From NCBI RefSeq assembly GCF_004010195.1, contig NC_057719.1, forward strand, positions 11,098,507 through 11,162,506: DNA of 64,000 nucleotides, given 5' to 3'. The DNA is from Chiloscyllium plagiosum. Lineage: Eukaryota. The notes under the pieces are model-generated. The model was given only the letters and a program-made list of their open reading frames with translations. It did not search any database and was not told the DNA's origin. The position numbers were made by a program, and so were the translations under genes. Below are positions 63,895 through 64,000 of the stretch, piece by piece; position 1 is the stretch's first letter, and the number at the start of each line of letters is the position of its first letter.

Positions 63895-64000
63895 AAAAGT
63901 GCACACCAAGCATCCTAAGAGATATTAGGCTTCAGAGATGCAGGTTTTTATAGGTTTTAATCAAGGGTGAGGTGGAGGGCGTTTTTGGTGGAATTTCAGA

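Noticed and set aside
1..64000. Strand bias of CR1 insertions relative to ADCK1
   Set aside because: By eye, plus and minus copies are similar in number; no supportable bias.

Overview
Eukaryotic, repeat-dense genomic DNA, most likely from a cartilaginous fish (shark), judged from abundant HE1-type V-SINEs and HER1-like CR1 LINEs. The only host-gene sequence I can support is one 159-nt minus-strand coding exon (12949-13107) of an ADCK1/UbiB-family atypical kinase, so the window appears to be almost entirely intron. The rest is a layered record of decayed retroelements (several CR1 subfamilies, a second CR1/L2-group LINE, L2, RTE, Rex/Babar, Penelope-like elements, tRNA-derived SINEs, solo LTRs) plus TA-flanked Tc1/mariner-type MITEs. 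Nearly all listed ORFs are transposon fragments or chance ORFs. The most notable signal is a set of minimal hammerhead-ribozyme motifs, with covarying stems, in at least three Penelope families; in two hairpin-shaped remnants the inversion breakpoint lies at or within about 1 nt of the predicted cleavage site. Other notable items are a CR1 that keeps ORF1 and RT but lacks its endonuclease, several unusual insertion junctions, and a Trp in the conserved alanine-rich loop of the kinase exon. I found no evidence for a wholly new multi-gene system. Family names come from pattern recognition, not database searches, and most repeat boundaries are approximate.
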